Numbered from the stretch's first letter, positions 29,612-40,423 are shown. The stretch is DNA of 64,000 bases from Candidatus Oxydemutatoraceae bacterium (GCA_965220085.1 CBDCOZ010000003.1:512001-576000); one strand, 5' to 3'. Notes: a model not told the origin generated them from the sequence alone. Translations and numbers: made by a program.

Positions 29612-31483
29612 TTATTTCTCGGCGGCGAGGTCTTTCTCCGCGGCGGCGAGCAATACCGCATCCGGTTCGTGGCGCTTGCGCTTGCCGATGTCTTGTTGCA
29701 ACAGCGCTTTGATTGCGGAAGCGCTCAGGCGTTCGGGGTCCATGAGAGCGCCACACCTTACCCCTGTTTTTGCCAGTGGCTTGGCATCAAATCCTTCTTC
29801 CATCAGTGCGTAGGCAAAGTTTTGATCCGTGCGAAAGTGCGACCGCAAATGTTCGCTTGCGGTCGGGAGTTGGCTCAAGTTGGTCTTTGTAAAAGCGGTT
29901 GAATAGGCCGCCATCCCGTGTGCGCCGCCGCAGGCAACCTGATCGCCTGCGACCAAGTTCGGAGCCAAGCGCATGCCCCGGTCGGCAAAAACAACCGCGT
30001 TGCGCTCGCAGTTCTCATAGATTGCTCCCCAGTCAATCGTCGCGCGGGACGGCAGCATCGCTTTGTCGGGGCGTATGCGGATGATGAGGTCATAGTCTTT
30101 GCCGCTTGCTAACGCAAGATTGTATGCCTGCTCTGCTTTGTAATACATCTTCCGCCGGTTATCAAACTCGCAAAACGCCGCCGTCGCATCGTCCTCTGTG
30201 ACCACCGCATCGGCGCGGTAGAACTCTTGCAGTTCTGCCTGCGTGACACAAGCGCCGCGGTCGGTGAAAAAGCGAAAGAATCCGGGGTAGGCGCGTTTCA
30301 GCTCAAAGGCGGTGTGTCGTCTCAAGGCGTCGGCATACGCGTCGGAGAATGCGTCTGGGAAAATTTGTCGCAGTCGGTTTTGAACGGGCGCGTACGGAAT
30401 CTTGCAACCGATGCGTTGCCAGACATGGACGAAGTAATCGACATCGCAGTTTTCCAGACCGAGGTGGCGCCAACTGGCAAACGCTTGTCGGTACCCGCGC
30501 AACTGGCCCGAGACGCACACCGCGATGCGCAGTTTGCGTTGCGGGCGCGCGGCGGTGTCGCGGGTCGGCGGTTGTTTGGTTGTCGGCAGCAGGATATGCC
30601 GCAGTTTGTTCGACAGATCGGAGTCCGTGCCCGCGAGCAAAATCCCCAGCTTCCGACGGCTTGCCTCGGGCAGACTGTCCGACACGGGTTTGTCTGTCAG
30701 GTTTTGTGCATACGCACGAAAGGATTCTATGGTTTTAGCGTGGAACGGGTGTTTGCAAAGCATCCATCCGAGCTCCTCAATGTCCGACCGCCGCAGCAGG
30801 TCCTCAGCCTGCGGCGCGGTCAGTTTGTCATCAATAAAGCCGATGGCCAGCCCGAACCGGAATACGTTGTCGTCGTCCCGCGGCAGGTCGTTCCAGACTT
30901 GTCGCAACTGTGAGCGGAAGGCAATGTATTTGTTGGGTTGTTCGTGCCAATTCACTTTGCTATGGCCCGGATACAGCATGTCAAACAGCGCGCGGTTTCC
31001 GACATCGGACTTAATCAGCGCGCGGACTAACCCCCCGAACACCTGATCCGACAATATCGGGATGACGGCATGATGAGCAATAATCTTTGCCGCTGTGACG
31101 CATGCCTCGTGATGCATCGCACCGTGTTTTTTGATCCAGCCCGACAACAGTTTGGCGGCCTTGGCTTCGCGGCGGCAATACCATAAAGCTTTGGCGCCTT
31201 CGGCGCAGCCCATTAACTCTGCGGGTCTTTCGCGCCGCACTTTGGCCCAGAGCTTATAGGCGGCGTCCCAGTCTTGCCGTTCCATCGCTTGGCGGGCCTT
31301 TTGCGCCGGGTCTTGGCCTGTGATCGCCGGGCGTATTTTTTGCATCCGCTTTTGACCGACAACCGTTTGCAGCAGACGCGCAAGAATGCATTTGGCTTGT
31401 CTGATGCGCCGCTTCGGCTTGAGCGCCCGACTGGCGAAGTTTAGACAATAAGCGAGGACAGGTTTCATTGCTTTTTTTAGCAT
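29612..31483 (-). CDS. Putative glycosyltransferase-like protein, paralogue B
   Basis: Start MLKKAM by alignment with A; same motifs. Confidence 0.65.
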   Translation of the reverse strand: MLKKAMKPVLAYCLNFASRALKPKRRIRQAKCILARLLQTVVGQKRMQKIRPAITGQDPAQKARQAMERQDWDAAYKLWAKVRRERPAELMGCAEGAKALWYCRREAKAAKLLSGWIKKHGAMHHEACVTAAKIIAHHAVIPILSDQVFGGLVRALIKSDVGNRALFDMLYPGHSKVNWHEQPNKYIAFRSQLRQVWNDLPRDDDNVFRFGLAIGFIDDKLTAPQAEDLLRRSDIEELGWMLCKHPFHAKTIESFRAYAQNLTDKPVSDSLPEASRRKLGILLAGTDSDLSNKLRHILLPTTKQPPTRDTAARPQRKLRIAVCVSGQLRGYRQAFASWRHLGLENCDVDYFVHVWQRIGCKIPYAPVQNRLRQIFPDAFSDAYADALRRHTAFELKRAYPGFFRFFTDRGACVTQAELQEFYRADAVVTEDDATAAFCEFDNRRKMYYKAEQAYNLALASGKDYDLIIRIRPDKAMLPSRATIDWGAIYENCERNAVVFADRGMRLAPNLVAGDQVACGGAHGMAAYSTAFTKTNLSQLPTASEHLRSHFRTDQNFAYALMEEGFDAKPLAKTGVRCGALMDPERLSASAIKALLQQDIGKRKRHEPDAVLLAAAEKDLAAEK

Positions 31484-31489
31484 GGAGTC

Positions 31490-31519
31490 ATTATAAATTG
31501 ATTGCGCCGCTTTTTTCAA
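31490..31519 (-). promoter_or_regulatory. Sigma70 promoter 6 nt upstream of the ATG (leaderless-type)
   Basis: TTGAAA-N18-TATAAT-GACTCC-ATG; repeated at 36127-36156. Confidence 0.65.
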
Positions 31520-31675
31520 TCGTGCGGAGCGCTCTGCCCTCGCGAGAGTCCGCGGCTTTGCTCTCCGAAGAGAGGGATGGCAGCGGCGCACAAGAAGCCC
31601 CCTCGCCGCATCGCCCGGCGCCTGCGGTTCGTGCTCCGCGCATAGTGCGAGTAACCCTCCCGCGAGGAGAGAGCG

Positions 31676-33334
31676 CTATCTCTCGGCGGCGAGGTCTTTC
31701 TCCAGCGCGGCGAGAAATACCGCATCCAACTCGTGGCGGTTGCGCTTGCCGATGTCTTGTTGTAGCAACGCTTTGACTTCGGAAGCGCTCAGCCGCGCAG
31801 GGTCCTGCAGACCGCCCAACCTCACTCCCGCCTTTGATAGCGCTCTGGCGCCAAACCCGTCTTCCAGCAACGCATAGGCAAAGTTCCGATGCGGTTGAAA
31901 GCGCTGATTTACGTATTCGGCAATCAAACCTTGCTCCGAGTTGGTCTTGGAAAAAGCGGTCGAGTACGCCGCCATCCCGTGTGCGGCGCCGCAGGCAATC
32001 TGATCCGGCAACGACAGATTGCCGACCAAGTACAGAGGCCCGTCGGCAAAAATGATCGCATCACGCTCGCAGTCTTCGTAGACTTTCCCCCAGTCGATCG
32101 TCGCATAGGGCGGCAGTATTTCTTTGTCCGGGCGTATGCGAACGATGAGGTCATAGTCTTTGCCGCTTGCCATTGCCAGCCGATACGCTTGCTCCGTTTT
32201 GTAATACATCTTTTTCGGATTATTAAACTCGCAAAACGGCGCCGCCGCATCGTCCTCTGCGACCACCGCATCGGTGCGATAGAAGCGTTGTAATTCCGCT
32301 TGCGTGACACAGTCGCCTCCGGCGGTGAAAAAATGAAAGAACCCGGGGTAAGTGCGCTCCACATTCTGCGCTCCGTGCTGTCTCAGAGCGTCGGCATACA
32401 CATCGCAAAAAGCGTCTGCAAAGAGCCGTTGAAGTTGAATCCGAATCGGTACCCGGGGAATCTTGCGACCAATCCGTTGCCAGACATGGACGAAATAATC
32501 CGCATCGTGACTTTCCAGTCCCAAGTTATGCCAACTCGCAAACGCCCGCCGGTAACCGCGCAACTGGCCCGAGATGCAAACCGCGATGCGCAGTTTCCGG
32601 TTCGGGCGCACGGCATCGGCGCGGGTCGGGGCTTGTTTGGTCATCGGCAACAACACATGGCGGAGTTTGTCCAGCAGACCGTAGTCAATGCATGCGAGCA
32701 CAATCCCCAATTTCTTGCGGCTTGCTTCGGGCAATGTATTCGCTACGGCGGGGTCATCGACCGCCGCGCGCGCATACGCACGAAAGGAGGCTATGGTCTT
32801 GGCATGAAACGGATGATCACAGAACAGCCACCCGAGCTTGCCAATTTCCAGTAGCAACAAGCTCTCAACCTGCGCCGCGGTCAGTTCTTCATCAACAAAA
32901 CCGAGCGCCAGCCCAAACCAGAATACATTGTCATCGTCCTGCGGCATCTTATTGCAAACCTGTTTTAATTGCGAACGGAAGGAGGCGTATTTATCGGGGC
33001 GCTCATGCCAATTAACCTTGCCGCTAATAGAAAACAGCGCATTGAACAATATGTGGTTACTCGCATCGGACTTCACAAGATTATGGACCAGTGTCCCGAA
33101 CACCGGGTATGACAATACCGGATTGATGGCGTGATTGACAATCGTCGTCGCCGCTTCCCGCGCTTTTTTATGTTTCCGGTTTGCAATCGCTTGTCGTACT
33201 TTCTGAATACGAGTTTGGCCCGCTGTCGGTTGCAAAAGCCATTTGATTTGCCGGATACGCCGCTTCGGTTCGAGTATCCGCCCGGCAAGGTTTGCACAAT
33301 AAACGAGGATGGACTGTATTACTCTTTTCGGCAT
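31676..33334 (-). CDS. Putative glycosyltransferase-like protein, paralogue C (N-terminal segment deleted)
   Basis: Start MPKRVI; C-terminal half nearly identical to A. Confidence 0.65.
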   Translation of the reverse strand: MPKRVIQSILVYCANLAGRILEPKRRIRQIKWLLQPTAGQTRIQKVRQAIANRKHKKAREAATTIVNHAINPVLSYPVFGTLVHNLVKSDASNHILFNALFSISGKVNWHERPDKYASFRSQLKQVCNKMPQDDDNVFWFGLALGFVDEELTAAQVESLLLLEIGKLGWLFCDHPFHAKTIASFRAYARAAVDDPAVANTLPEASRKKLGIVLACIDYGLLDKLRHVLLPMTKQAPTRADAVRPNRKLRIAVCISGQLRGYRRAFASWHNLGLESHDADYFVHVWQRIGRKIPRVPIRIQLQRLFADAFCDVYADALRQHGAQNVERTYPGFFHFFTAGGDCVTQAELQRFYRTDAVVAEDDAAAPFCEFNNPKKMYYKTEQAYRLAMASGKDYDLIVRIRPDKEILPPYATIDWGKVYEDCERDAIIFADGPLYLVGNLSLPDQIACGAAHGMAAYSTAFSKTNSEQGLIAEYVNQRFQPHRNFAYALLEDGFGARALSKAGVRLGGLQDPARLSASEVKALLQQDIGKRNRHELDAVFLAALEKDLAAER

Positions 33335-33475
33335 GGAGTCATTATAAACTGCTGAATAATGCCGGAAACATTCCGGATTCCCGGCATCAACCAAAGCCGG
33401 CATATAATATCAACACACCAGCTGCGGCATCAAAGGTTTCTATAAAATAGTTGCTTTTGCATGAAAGGGTGCGAC

Positions 33476-34286
33476 TGTGAGTCATACGACCAAAACCGGA
33501 AGTTCTTAGATGATGGGAGAAACACGGCATAAAAGCCAGCATGGACGCTTACCACATCAGCCGCTCGTCACTCTATAAGCGGCAGAAACAACTTCAGGAC
33601 TATGGCATTAACGGCTTAGTCAATCGGAGCGCTTGCCCGCGCCAGCCACGCCGGCGCAACTGGCCTCTGGAGATAATCGCCGAGATTCGGCGACACCGCG
33701 AAAACTATCCCTACGGCGCACCCCATAAACAACCCGCAAACAGTTTGTGGAGCACAAACAGTTTAAGGAACCACAAACAATAATATTGTTTGTGCTCTTA
33801 TATCGTTTGTGGCTCTTATTACTGTGCCTCATTAAATGTTGTTTGCGTACCATGCTCGCATAGCCAGTTTGATGACCGGTTTAACTTCGCTATCGGTCCA
33901 TCATAGTAACGGTCGTTGCCGAGTTCTTTATGAAGTTGGTGATGAAAGTTTTTCCCGCCAAGATAGAGCAAGTGCTCACCGACAACGGCTCCGAGTTCTG
34001 CGGCGCGTTTGATTGTTGCCCGCAACAAGGTATCCGCCACACCTATCCCCAATGCCCGAAGATGAACGCATTCAAGGAATGCTGTAACCGCGCACTTCGG
34101 GAAGAGTTTGTGGAATTTGAAGAGGGTCTGTTGCGAACCGATATTCGGACATTTAATGATTGTCGGATAAAATATCCGCTATGGTTTAACACCCAGCGAC
34201 CACATTACGGACTGGGATTTCAAGCACTTATGGCACAAATTACAAAATATCTGCCCCAAGTGTCCAATATGTACTGGCATCATACA
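33476..34286 (+). mobile_element. IS481-family transposase pseudogene
   Basis: HTH ISRSSLYKRQK, integrase core VLTDNGSEF, FNTQRPHYGLG; ends CATCATACA; left boundary approximate. Confidence 0.8.
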
Positions 34287-34296
34287 ACGCAGAGCG

Positions 34297-36120
34297 CTAT
34301 CTTTCGGCGGCGAGGTCTTTCTCCACGGCGGCAAGAAATACCGCATCCAACTCATGGCGTTTGCGGTCGTTGATGTCTTGTTGCAGGAGCGCTTTGATTG
34401 CGGAGGTCGGAAGTCGTTCGGGGTCATGCAGAGGCCCCCACCGGACCCCCGCCTTTGATAGCGGTTTGACCCGAAATCCTTCTTCCAGCAACGCATAGGC
34501 GAAGTTTCGATGGGCTCGAAAGCGAGCCGGTTGCAGGAACTCGCTGATTAGGCCTTGCTCCGAGTTGGTTTTGGAAAAGGCGGTTGAATATGCCGCCATC
34601 CCGGGTCCCGTGCCGCAGGCAACTTGGTCTGCCATTGCCAGATTCTCGGTTAGGTATGTGCCTCCGTCGGCAAAGACAATGGCATTGCGCTCACAGTCTT
34701 CGTAGATCTCTCCCCAATCAACGACCGTGTGGGGAGATATTCCTTTGTCCGGACGCATGCGAACGATGAGGTCATAGTCTTTGCCGCTTTCCATTGCGAG
34801 ATTATACGCCTGCTCCACTTTGTAGTACATCTTCCCCGGGTTGTTAAAATCGCGAAACGGGGCGGCCGCATCGTCCTCTACGACTACCGCATCGGTGTGG
34901 TAGAAGCGTTGTAACTCGGCTTGCGTGACATAATCGCCGCCGCCGACAAAATAGTGGGATAACTCCGGATAGATATGCTCCAGCTCTGGCACACCGTAGC
35001 GTCTCAAGGCTTCGGCATAGGCATCGCCGAACGCTTCCGCGAAGATTCGTTGTAGTTGGTCCTTGGAAGGTGTGCGCGGAATCTTGCGACCGATGCGTTT
35101 CCAGACATGGACGAAGTAATCCGCATCGTGGTTTTCCAGGCCGAGGTTGCGCCAACTGGCGAACGTCCGCCGGTAACCGCGCAACTGGCCCGAAACACAA
35201 ACCGCGATGCGGATCTTGCGCTTCGGGCGCGCGGCATCGCTACGGGTCGGCGTTTGTTTGGTCATCGGCAACAGCTTCTGCCGCAACCGGTTCAGTAGCG
35301 CATAGTCAATGACTGTGAGCAAAACGCCCAGCTTCCTGCGGCTTGTTTCGGGCAGGTAATCCGGCACAGGGTTGTCTGTCAGCGCTTGCGCATAGGCGCG
35401 AAAAGAGGCTATGGTCTTGGTGTGAAAGGGATGCTCGCAAAGTAACCACCCCAGCTTGCCGAATTCCAGTTGCAACAATCTCTCAACCTGCGCCGCGGTC
35501 AGTTCTTCATCAACAAAACCGAGCGCCAGCCCAAACCAGAATGTGTTGCTATCGTCTCGCGGCAACTCGCTCCAGACCCGTTGTAACTGTGCGCGGAAGG
35601 GGGCGTATTGATGAGGCTGTTGTTGCCAATTGATGGCGCTGGTAACCGCAAACAGCCTGTCAAACAATATATAGCTTCCCGCATCAGACTTCGCCAGCAC
35701 ATGGACCAACTTTCCAAACATCCGCTCTTGCAATGTCGCAGAGGCGGCATGATTGGCAATCAGCATTGCCGCTGTCGCGCAGGCGCTGTGATTCGATGTT
35801 CCATACTGTTTGAACCAGTGCAGCAACAGTTCTGCCGCGTCATTTTCGCGCCGACAATGCGACAGGGTTTTGGCTCCTTCAACATAGGCTGTCGGTTGCG
35901 CGGGTTTTCTGCGGCGCGCCTCGGCCCAGAGCTTGCGGGCGGCGTCCCAGTCTTGCCGTTCCATCGCTTGGCGCGCTTTGTGAATACGACCTTGGCCTGT
36001 GAGCGGTTGCAGAAGTTGCCGGAGAATATATTTGATTTGCCTGATACGCTTCGGCTTGAGGACTCGGCCGGCGAGATTCACACAATAAGCGAGGATGGGT
36101 TTTATTGCTTTTTTCGGCAT
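34297..36120 (-). CDS. Putative glycosyltransferase-like protein, paralogue D
   Basis: Start MPKKAI; same motifs. Confidence 0.65.
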   Translation of the reverse strand: MPKKAIKPILAYCVNLAGRVLKPKRIRQIKYILRQLLQPLTGQGRIHKARQAMERQDWDAARKLWAEARRRKPAQPTAYVEGAKTLSHCRRENDAAELLLHWFKQYGTSNHSACATAAMLIANHAASATLQERMFGKLVHVLAKSDAGSYILFDRLFAVTSAINWQQQPHQYAPFRAQLQRVWSELPRDDSNTFWFGLALGFVDEELTAAQVERLLQLEFGKLGWLLCEHPFHTKTIASFRAYAQALTDNPVPDYLPETSRRKLGVLLTVIDYALLNRLRQKLLPMTKQTPTRSDAARPKRKIRIAVCVSGQLRGYRRTFASWRNLGLENHDADYFVHVWKRIGRKIPRTPSKDQLQRIFAEAFGDAYAEALRRYGVPELEHIYPELSHYFVGGGDYVTQAELQRFYHTDAVVVEDDAAAPFRDFNNPGKMYYKVEQAYNLAMESGKDYDLIVRMRPDKGISPHTVVDWGEIYEDCERNAIVFADGGTYLTENLAMADQVACGTGPGMAAYSTAFSKTNSEQGLISEFLQPARFRAHRNFAYALLEEGFRVKPLSKAGVRWGPLHDPERLPTSAIKALLQQDINDRKRHELDAVFLAAVEKDLAAER

Positions 36121-36522
36121 GGAGTCATTATAAATTGACTGCGCTGCTTTTTTCAATCGTGCGGAGCGCTCTGCCCTCGCGAGAGTCTGCGCGCTTCGCT
36201 CGCCAGAGAGGGGGAGGGTGGCGGCGCACAAGAAGCCCCCCCGCCGCATCGCCCGGCGCCTGCGGTTCGGCCGTTGTGACTCCCCCGCGAGGGGGGAGAG
36301 CAGATTGACTCGCTACAAAAGCGGATGACTACAACCTGTGCCCCCCGCGAGGTGAGAGTAATCGTTCGTGCGATCAGTTGTCACAAGGGGAGTAAGAGTC
36401 GGCGCGAGCGCTCATCCTCTGCGGCTATCGCATCGGTGTGTGAGCGTCCGCAAGCCGTTTTGCTATAATTGCCCTCAATCTGGTTAATGACATCTTCTTG
36501 CCGGAGAATGTCATACGCATCA

Positions 36523-36896
36523 ATGAACGGAATTCTCTATATATACCTGCTTCTTTTTTCTGCGTTGCTTTCAATAGGTCAGGTTCTGCTCAAAAAAGTA
36601 GCCTTGCTGCTTCCCCCGATTTGGGCTCAATGACCGTTGAGCGCCTCGTGTGGATCAGTGTCGGCAATTTCTGGTTTTGGATTGCGTTCGCACTGTACGG
36701 ACTGGCGGCTTTTTTATGGATTTATATTTTGTCACAGGTTTCTTTGAGCAAGGCGCTGCCTTTTGCTTCTTTGGCATTTGTAATCACTCCGTTGATAAGC
36801 AGGTATGTATTTGGCGAGCAAGTGCATATCGCATACTGGGGAGGCGTGGCTTTAATCATATTAGGAGTGGTCATAACTGTAGCAAAGGCTTATTGA
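36523..36896 (+). pseudogene. SMR/EamA-type (ArnE/ArnF-like) flippase, frameshifted at A6
   Basis: MNGILYIYLLLFSALLSIGQVLLKK in one frame, LWIYILSQVSLSKALPF..FGEQV in another; adding one A at 36592-36597 joins them. Confidence 0.7.
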
Positions 36897-36942
36897 GTTG
36901 AATATAATGTTATTAATAAAATACAGGTAGCAGTTAAGCCAA

Positions 36943-38445
36943 ATGGGACGAAAAAGAAAAAAGGCTTCCGCCAAATCCGCCGGCTACAAGGCGCGGCCTT
37001 CGTCACAGGAGGGCGCCGATAAACATCGGCCCGTACTCTCCGGCAAAGTCTCTGCGCGGGATATCCTGCCGTACGCCGGCGCTTTGTTTGGCATGGTATT
37101 CCTGTTCTTTTTTCTGCATTACTTGAGCAATCAAATACCCTATGATTTGGCAAAGCAGAGGTTCGCGAGCGCTTTTGAGGGAAGCAGCCTAACCCTCTCC
37201 GACTATGTTCGATCAGGGGCATATGCTGAGAAACGTTCTGTGTTGCTCCATATGGGCGGCGATCAATTTAGCGAGTGCCAAATGTTGGGGGGCGTGTTGG
37301 TTTCCGCAGCAGGCAGCGCTTGGTTGGATGGCAAAAATACCACTCCGCTCGGCAAAGCCATTTTGCCTTGGGGCAACTACCCGCTCTACCCGCGTGACGG
37401 ATATGGATATTGTTCGGCGCTTCACGCCATGGTAACCGACGCCGACAACAAGCCCACGATAAGAACGTTAAAGTTTCGTTATTGGTGGGGTAACAAAGCA
37501 ATTTATGGGTTGTTATTACGCGGGTTTTCGGTTTTTGATGTCCGCGAAGTGGCGAAGAGCGCCACATACCTCTCTTGGATATTGCTTGCGCTATTTTTAT
37601 TCGCATATAGCCCCAGAGTTTTTGCCGTTATTTCTCCGGTGGTCATTTTTGGCGTCTTATTTTCCGGCGCGCAACTGTTTGCAAATATATCGGATGCCTT
37701 GCCTTTCTTGTGGTGCGTTATTGCGGCCAGCGGATTGACGCTCTTGATGCGGTATTCGCCCTCGCCCCGCGCGCTCGGTCTTTTTTCTTTCATAGCCGGA
37801 TGTGTCTCCTCCTACGTTTGGTGGTATGACGGTCATACGGTGTTCGTTATTTCAATGTTCGCGCTCATCGTGTATTTTGGGTCGCGTATTTGTTTGGGCT
37901 TAAACCAGACCGAGAGTCTGGGGCGCATATGGTCGGCAGTCTGGCGTTATATGGCGGGCGCCGGTTTAAGCATGGCGGCGGGACAGGTCGTCAAAAGTCT
38001 GTATTTTCTTTCGCTCGGACAGGCCGATGGCGCGCGAAAACTTTTCGCCGAGCTCTTCGGCAAGGTTGAATCATTGAAAGACAGGACGTTTGCCAGAGAA
38101 GACTTTTTTGCGCATCCCTATGTGGAAGAGTACAAAGACTTGGCATTTTTTGATAACGCATGGTTGGCGCAAGCGGTTGCTTACTCGACCATAGCGGCAT
38201 TGGTGTTTGCGCTTGCTCTGATATTGAAAAATGTATTTTCAACCCAGCGTTTTACGGCTCTTATCGACATCGCGCCCTTCGTCGTGTCGCTATTCGTTGT
38301 GTATGCGCGGATGTGGCCCGTTCAGGATCAGCCGGACATGTATGCGCGTTATCTGTTCATTCTTTTTGCCTTGGCTTGGTGCGCTTTGGTCGTGGCATTC
38401 TTATATTGGCGCAAAGGCGGGCTTCGCGCCCCGTCTCCGGCATAA
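36943..38445 (+). CDS. Polytopic membrane protein, putative GT-C-type glycosyltransferase
   Basis: N-terminal TM, periplasmic loop with RYWWG, then many TM segments; glycosylation-gene context. Confidence 0.5.
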   Translation: MGRKRKKASAKSAGYKARPSSQEGADKHRPVLSGKVSARDILPYAGALFGMVFLFFFLHYLSNQIPYDLAKQRFASAFEGSSLTLSDYVRSGAYAEKRSVLLHMGGDQFSECQMLGGVLVSAAGSAWLDGKNTTPLGKAILPWGNYPLYPRDGYGYCSALHAMVTDADNKPTIRTLKFRYWWGNKAIYGLLLRGFSVFDVREVAKSATYLSWILLALFLFAYSPRVFAVISPVVIFGVLFSGAQLFANISDALPFLWCVIAASGLTLLMRYSPSPRALGLFSFIAGCVSSYVWWYDGHTVFVISMFALIVYFGSRICLGLNQTESLGRIWSAVWRYMAGAGLSMAAGQVVKSLYFLSLGQADGARKLFAELFGKVESLKDRTFAREDFFAHPYVEEYKDLAFFDNAWLAQAVAYSTIAALVFALALILKNVFSTQRFTALIDIAPFVVSLFVVYARMWPVQDQPDMYARYLFILFALAWCALVVAFLYWRKGGLRAPSPA

Positions 38446-38463
38446 GTGTCCGACCGGCGGCGC

Positions 38464-39204
38464 CTATGTGTCGGATTTTTGGCAGACCAGAGTCAGGTAG
38501 TGTGTGGCGAAGCCGTAACGCAATGTCGTCGCAATGCGTCGCATCAGAGGGCCCGGGTTGCGCAGGTAGTAGCGCAGAAGATGCGGACGGATTTCGCTCA
38601 TGCGCGCTTCGTCGCGTTTCAATATTGACAAAGGATTCACAAACTGTGTCTGTTTGTAGCATGCAATCTCGCGCAATTGCCCTTGCCCGGTCAGCATTTT
38701 CCGGAACGAAGACGGCGTAAAGTCGCGCAGGTGGTAGGGATTGATATCCGTGGACAGAGTTGTCGGTACCGAAGCAATCAGCGCCCCGCCCGGCCGCAAT
38801 AGCGTTGTGATGTGGCGGATAAAGCCCGCCGGATCAGGCAGGTGCTCGATGGTTTCCAAGGATACGATGGCGGAAAATTTGTCGCTGTCTTGAAACGTCA
38901 TGGCATCCGCGCACCGAAACGTTATTTTTTCGTGCGCATAGCGTTCGTTAGCGTAAGCGATGGCGTCGGCGCTCAGATCCACGCCGCAGACCCTGCGCGC
39001 GGAGCCCGCTTGCTCGGCTAATAGCCATGTGCCGTAGCCTACGCCGCACGCAATATCCAGAATACGATCGGGCCGCGCGTGCTTGGCGGCAAACCGATAA
39101 CGGTCTATGTGCAGTTGCAACGTGTCGTATCCGGTTGTCTCGTTATTGCGGATGCGATCCGGCACCAGCCGTTCCAAGGTGTTTTCATTCGGAGCATTTG
39201 CCAT
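38464..39204 (-). CDS. Class I SAM-dependent methyltransferase
   Basis: HIDRY, ILDIACGVGYG, SLETIEH. Confidence 0.9.
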   Translation of the reverse strand: MANAPNENTLERLVPDRIRNNETTGYDTLQLHIDRYRFAAKHARPDRILDIACGVGYGTWLLAEQAGSARRVCGVDLSADAIAYANERYAHEKITFRCADAMTFQDSDKFSAIVSLETIEHLPDPAGFIRHITTLLRPGGALIASVPTTLSTDINPYHLRDFTPSSFRKMLTGQGQLREIACYKQTQFVNPLSILKRDEARMSEIRPHLLRYYLRNPGPLMRRIATTLRYGFATHYLTLVCQKSDT

Positions 39205-39262
39205 CTATTTAGGATACTATGATGATTGCGGATATTGATAATGTAATATTATTCCGCTCATT

Positions 39263-40423
39263 ATGCAAGACGAACAACAAAATATCGAGTTAAGCATCGT
39301 TATACTTTGCCGCAATGAGGAACGCACCATTGCGAGTTGCGTTCAAAGCGCCGGAGCTTGGGCCGGCGGGCGCAAGATCAAAACTGAGATTCTGGTAATT
39401 GATAACGCAAGCGACGACCGTTCCGCGCCAAGGGCAAAAGAAGCGGGCGCGGATGTGTTGCGCGTTGAGACGGTCGGCTACGGGGCCGCATTGCGGGAGG
39501 GGGTAGCCGCCGCCAAGGGCAAGTTCGTCATTATTGCCGATGGCGACGGACAGCACGATGTCGGTTCTCTCGATGGGTTCATCGATAAGTTGCGGGAAGG
39601 TTATGACTTGGCGGTCGGCAACCGATACTTCGGGAAAACGACAGACGGATGTCGCGGCTTGCCTCGCCGCTTGGGTAATTTTTTGATATCGCGCATTGGC
39701 AAGCTGTTTTTCAAGGTATCCATCGGAGATTTCAATTGCGGATTGCGCGGGATGCGAGCGGAGCGCATACGCGCATTGGGTTTGGAGTGTCGCGGCATGG
39801 AAGCGGCCTCCGAAGTAATCGCCAAAGCGGCTTTGGCCGGCTTGCGGATAACAGAAGTGCCTACCACTGTGTTTCCAAGACATCAACTGTCTCAATCCCA
39901 TTTGAAAGTGTGGCGCGACGGGTGGCGTCATTTCCGCATTCTCTTATGCTTCTCTCCAAATTATATGTTTTTATATCCCGGCATATTTTTCACGGCGCTC
40001 GGGGTTTTGGGAGTGTCGGCATTGTTCTTCGGCAGCGTCGTTATCGGCGATGTGAAGTTCAATCTGCATACGATGTTAATCAGCGCGGCGGCGGTTATCT
40101 GCGGCTTGCAGTTGCTGATTTTTTTCGCGCTGGTGCGAACCTTTCAAGAAAGCATTCATATCATGTCCGAGTCTTGGCTGACGCAGGGTTTGCGGCAAAG
40201 AACATTCGGCGATATGAGCCTCATTTTGGCATTGATACTCCTGGCCATAGGGACAGCGGGGATGGTCGAGTTTCTTTTGATTTGGGCCGAAGCCGGTTAT
40301 GACAATTTGGATCCGTCCCGCCACATGAGAATCTTGATATTTGCGCTGACATTCTTTATATCCGGTTTGCAGTTGTTGTCTTCAAGTTTCGTATATTACC
40401 TTCTGAATATAAAAAGAATTTAA
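39263..40423 (+). CDS. GT2 polyprenol-phosphate glycosyltransferase with C-terminal membrane domain
   Basis: CRNEE, DNASDD, GYGAAL, DGDGQH, WRDGWRH, about 4 TM. Confidence 0.9.
   Translation: MQDEQQNIELSIVILCRNEERTIASCVQSAGAWAGGRKIKTEILVIDNASDDRSAPRAKEAGADVLRVETVGYGAALREGVAAAKGKFVIIADGDGQHDVGSLDGFIDKLREGYDLAVGNRYFGKTTDGCRGLPRRLGNFLISRIGKLFFKVSIGDFNCGLRGMRAERIRALGLECRGMEAASEVIAKAALAGLRITEVPTTVFPRHQLSQSHLKVWRDGWRHFRILLCFSPNYMFLYPGIFFTALGVLGVSALFFGSVVIGDVKFNLHTMLISAAAVICGLQLLIFFALVRTFQESIHIMSESWLTQGLRQRTFGDMSLILALILLAIGTAGMVEFLLIWAEAGYDNLDPSRHMRILIFALTFFISGLQLLSSSFVYYLLNIKRI

Noticed and set aside
36588-36600. Programmed -1 frameshift site
   Set aside because: The zero frame reads C AAA AAA G, not the canonical A AAA AAG phase
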